Shown here: positions 63,876 to 64,000 of the stretch, piece after piece | How positions within the stretch are numbered: position 1 is the stretch's first letter | How the letters are laid out: each line of letters opens with the position of its first letter | NCBI GenBank assembly: GCA_963666485.2 | Contig: CAXXUO010000002.1 | Location: 544,001-608,000, forward strand | Length of the DNA: 64,000 nucleotides | Origin: Syntrophorhabdaceae bacterium | GTDB lineage: Bacteria > Desulfobacterota > Syntrophorhabdia > Syntrophorhabdales > Syntrophorhabdaceae | Direction: 5' to 3' | Notes under the pieces: model-generated | Told to the model about the DNA's origin: nothing | What the model saw: only the letters and a program-made list of their open reading frames with translations | The model's database searches: none | Position numbers and translations under genes: made by a program

Positions 63876-64000
63876 ATGTCATCCCATCCGGCGCCGCTCG
63901 TTTTCCGCTGGATCGTCATAACGGTTGCATTCGGCGCATTCATGTCGAAGCTTGACAGCTACATTGTCAACATCTCGCTTCCCACGATCGCCGAACGCTT
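63876..64000 (+). CDS. MFS transporter, DHA2/EmrB type (5' fragment, runs off the window)
   Basis: Translates MSSHPAPLVFRWIVITVAFGAFMSKLDSYIVNISLPTIAER; FM..LD..IVN..LP.I is the DHA2 TM1 motif. Confidence 0.8.
   Translation, partial: MSSHPAPLVFRWIVITVAFGAFMSKLDSYIVNISLPTIAER

Overview
A 64-kb bacterial chromosome segment of moderate-to-high GC. Gene content (LptF/G, TolC, Pal, a membrane HdrD-like Fe-S oxidoreductase, a 2[4Fe-4S] ferredoxin) points to an anaerobic diderm, probably a Deltaproteobacterium/Desulfobacterota such as a syntroph (inference only). In order: an 11-kb repeat-rich autotransporter; a stand-alone carboxyltransferase; tRNA-Pro; a TIM-barrel/TIM-barrel/inositol-1-phosphate-synthase operon; a signalling block (kaiC-kaiB-kaiB-PAS hybrid kinase with no kaiA, a HAMP hybrid kinase, and a 2100-aa Ser/Thr-kinase/AAA/GAF/PAS/HK/REC/Hpt protein); then mostly housekeeping genes (frameshifted GH57, lptFG, MacAB-TolC-type efflux, tRNA-Phe, ispB, glgC, rsmI, pgsA, kamA-like, pal, pfkB-family kinase, hisS, IscU-like). 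The strongest signal is a complete IS110-family element (56281-57465) inserted at the edge of a CGTC-type REP palindrome. Joining its two ends reconstitutes a TTGACA-N17-TATGAT promoter, and its left non-coding region contains a readable bridge RNA whose four guide segments match the target and donor junctions. Intergenic regions also carry REP pairs, 7/8-mer tandem arrays that start at stop codons, and a tandem array of half-REPs. Family assignments come from motifs read by eye; no database searches were run.
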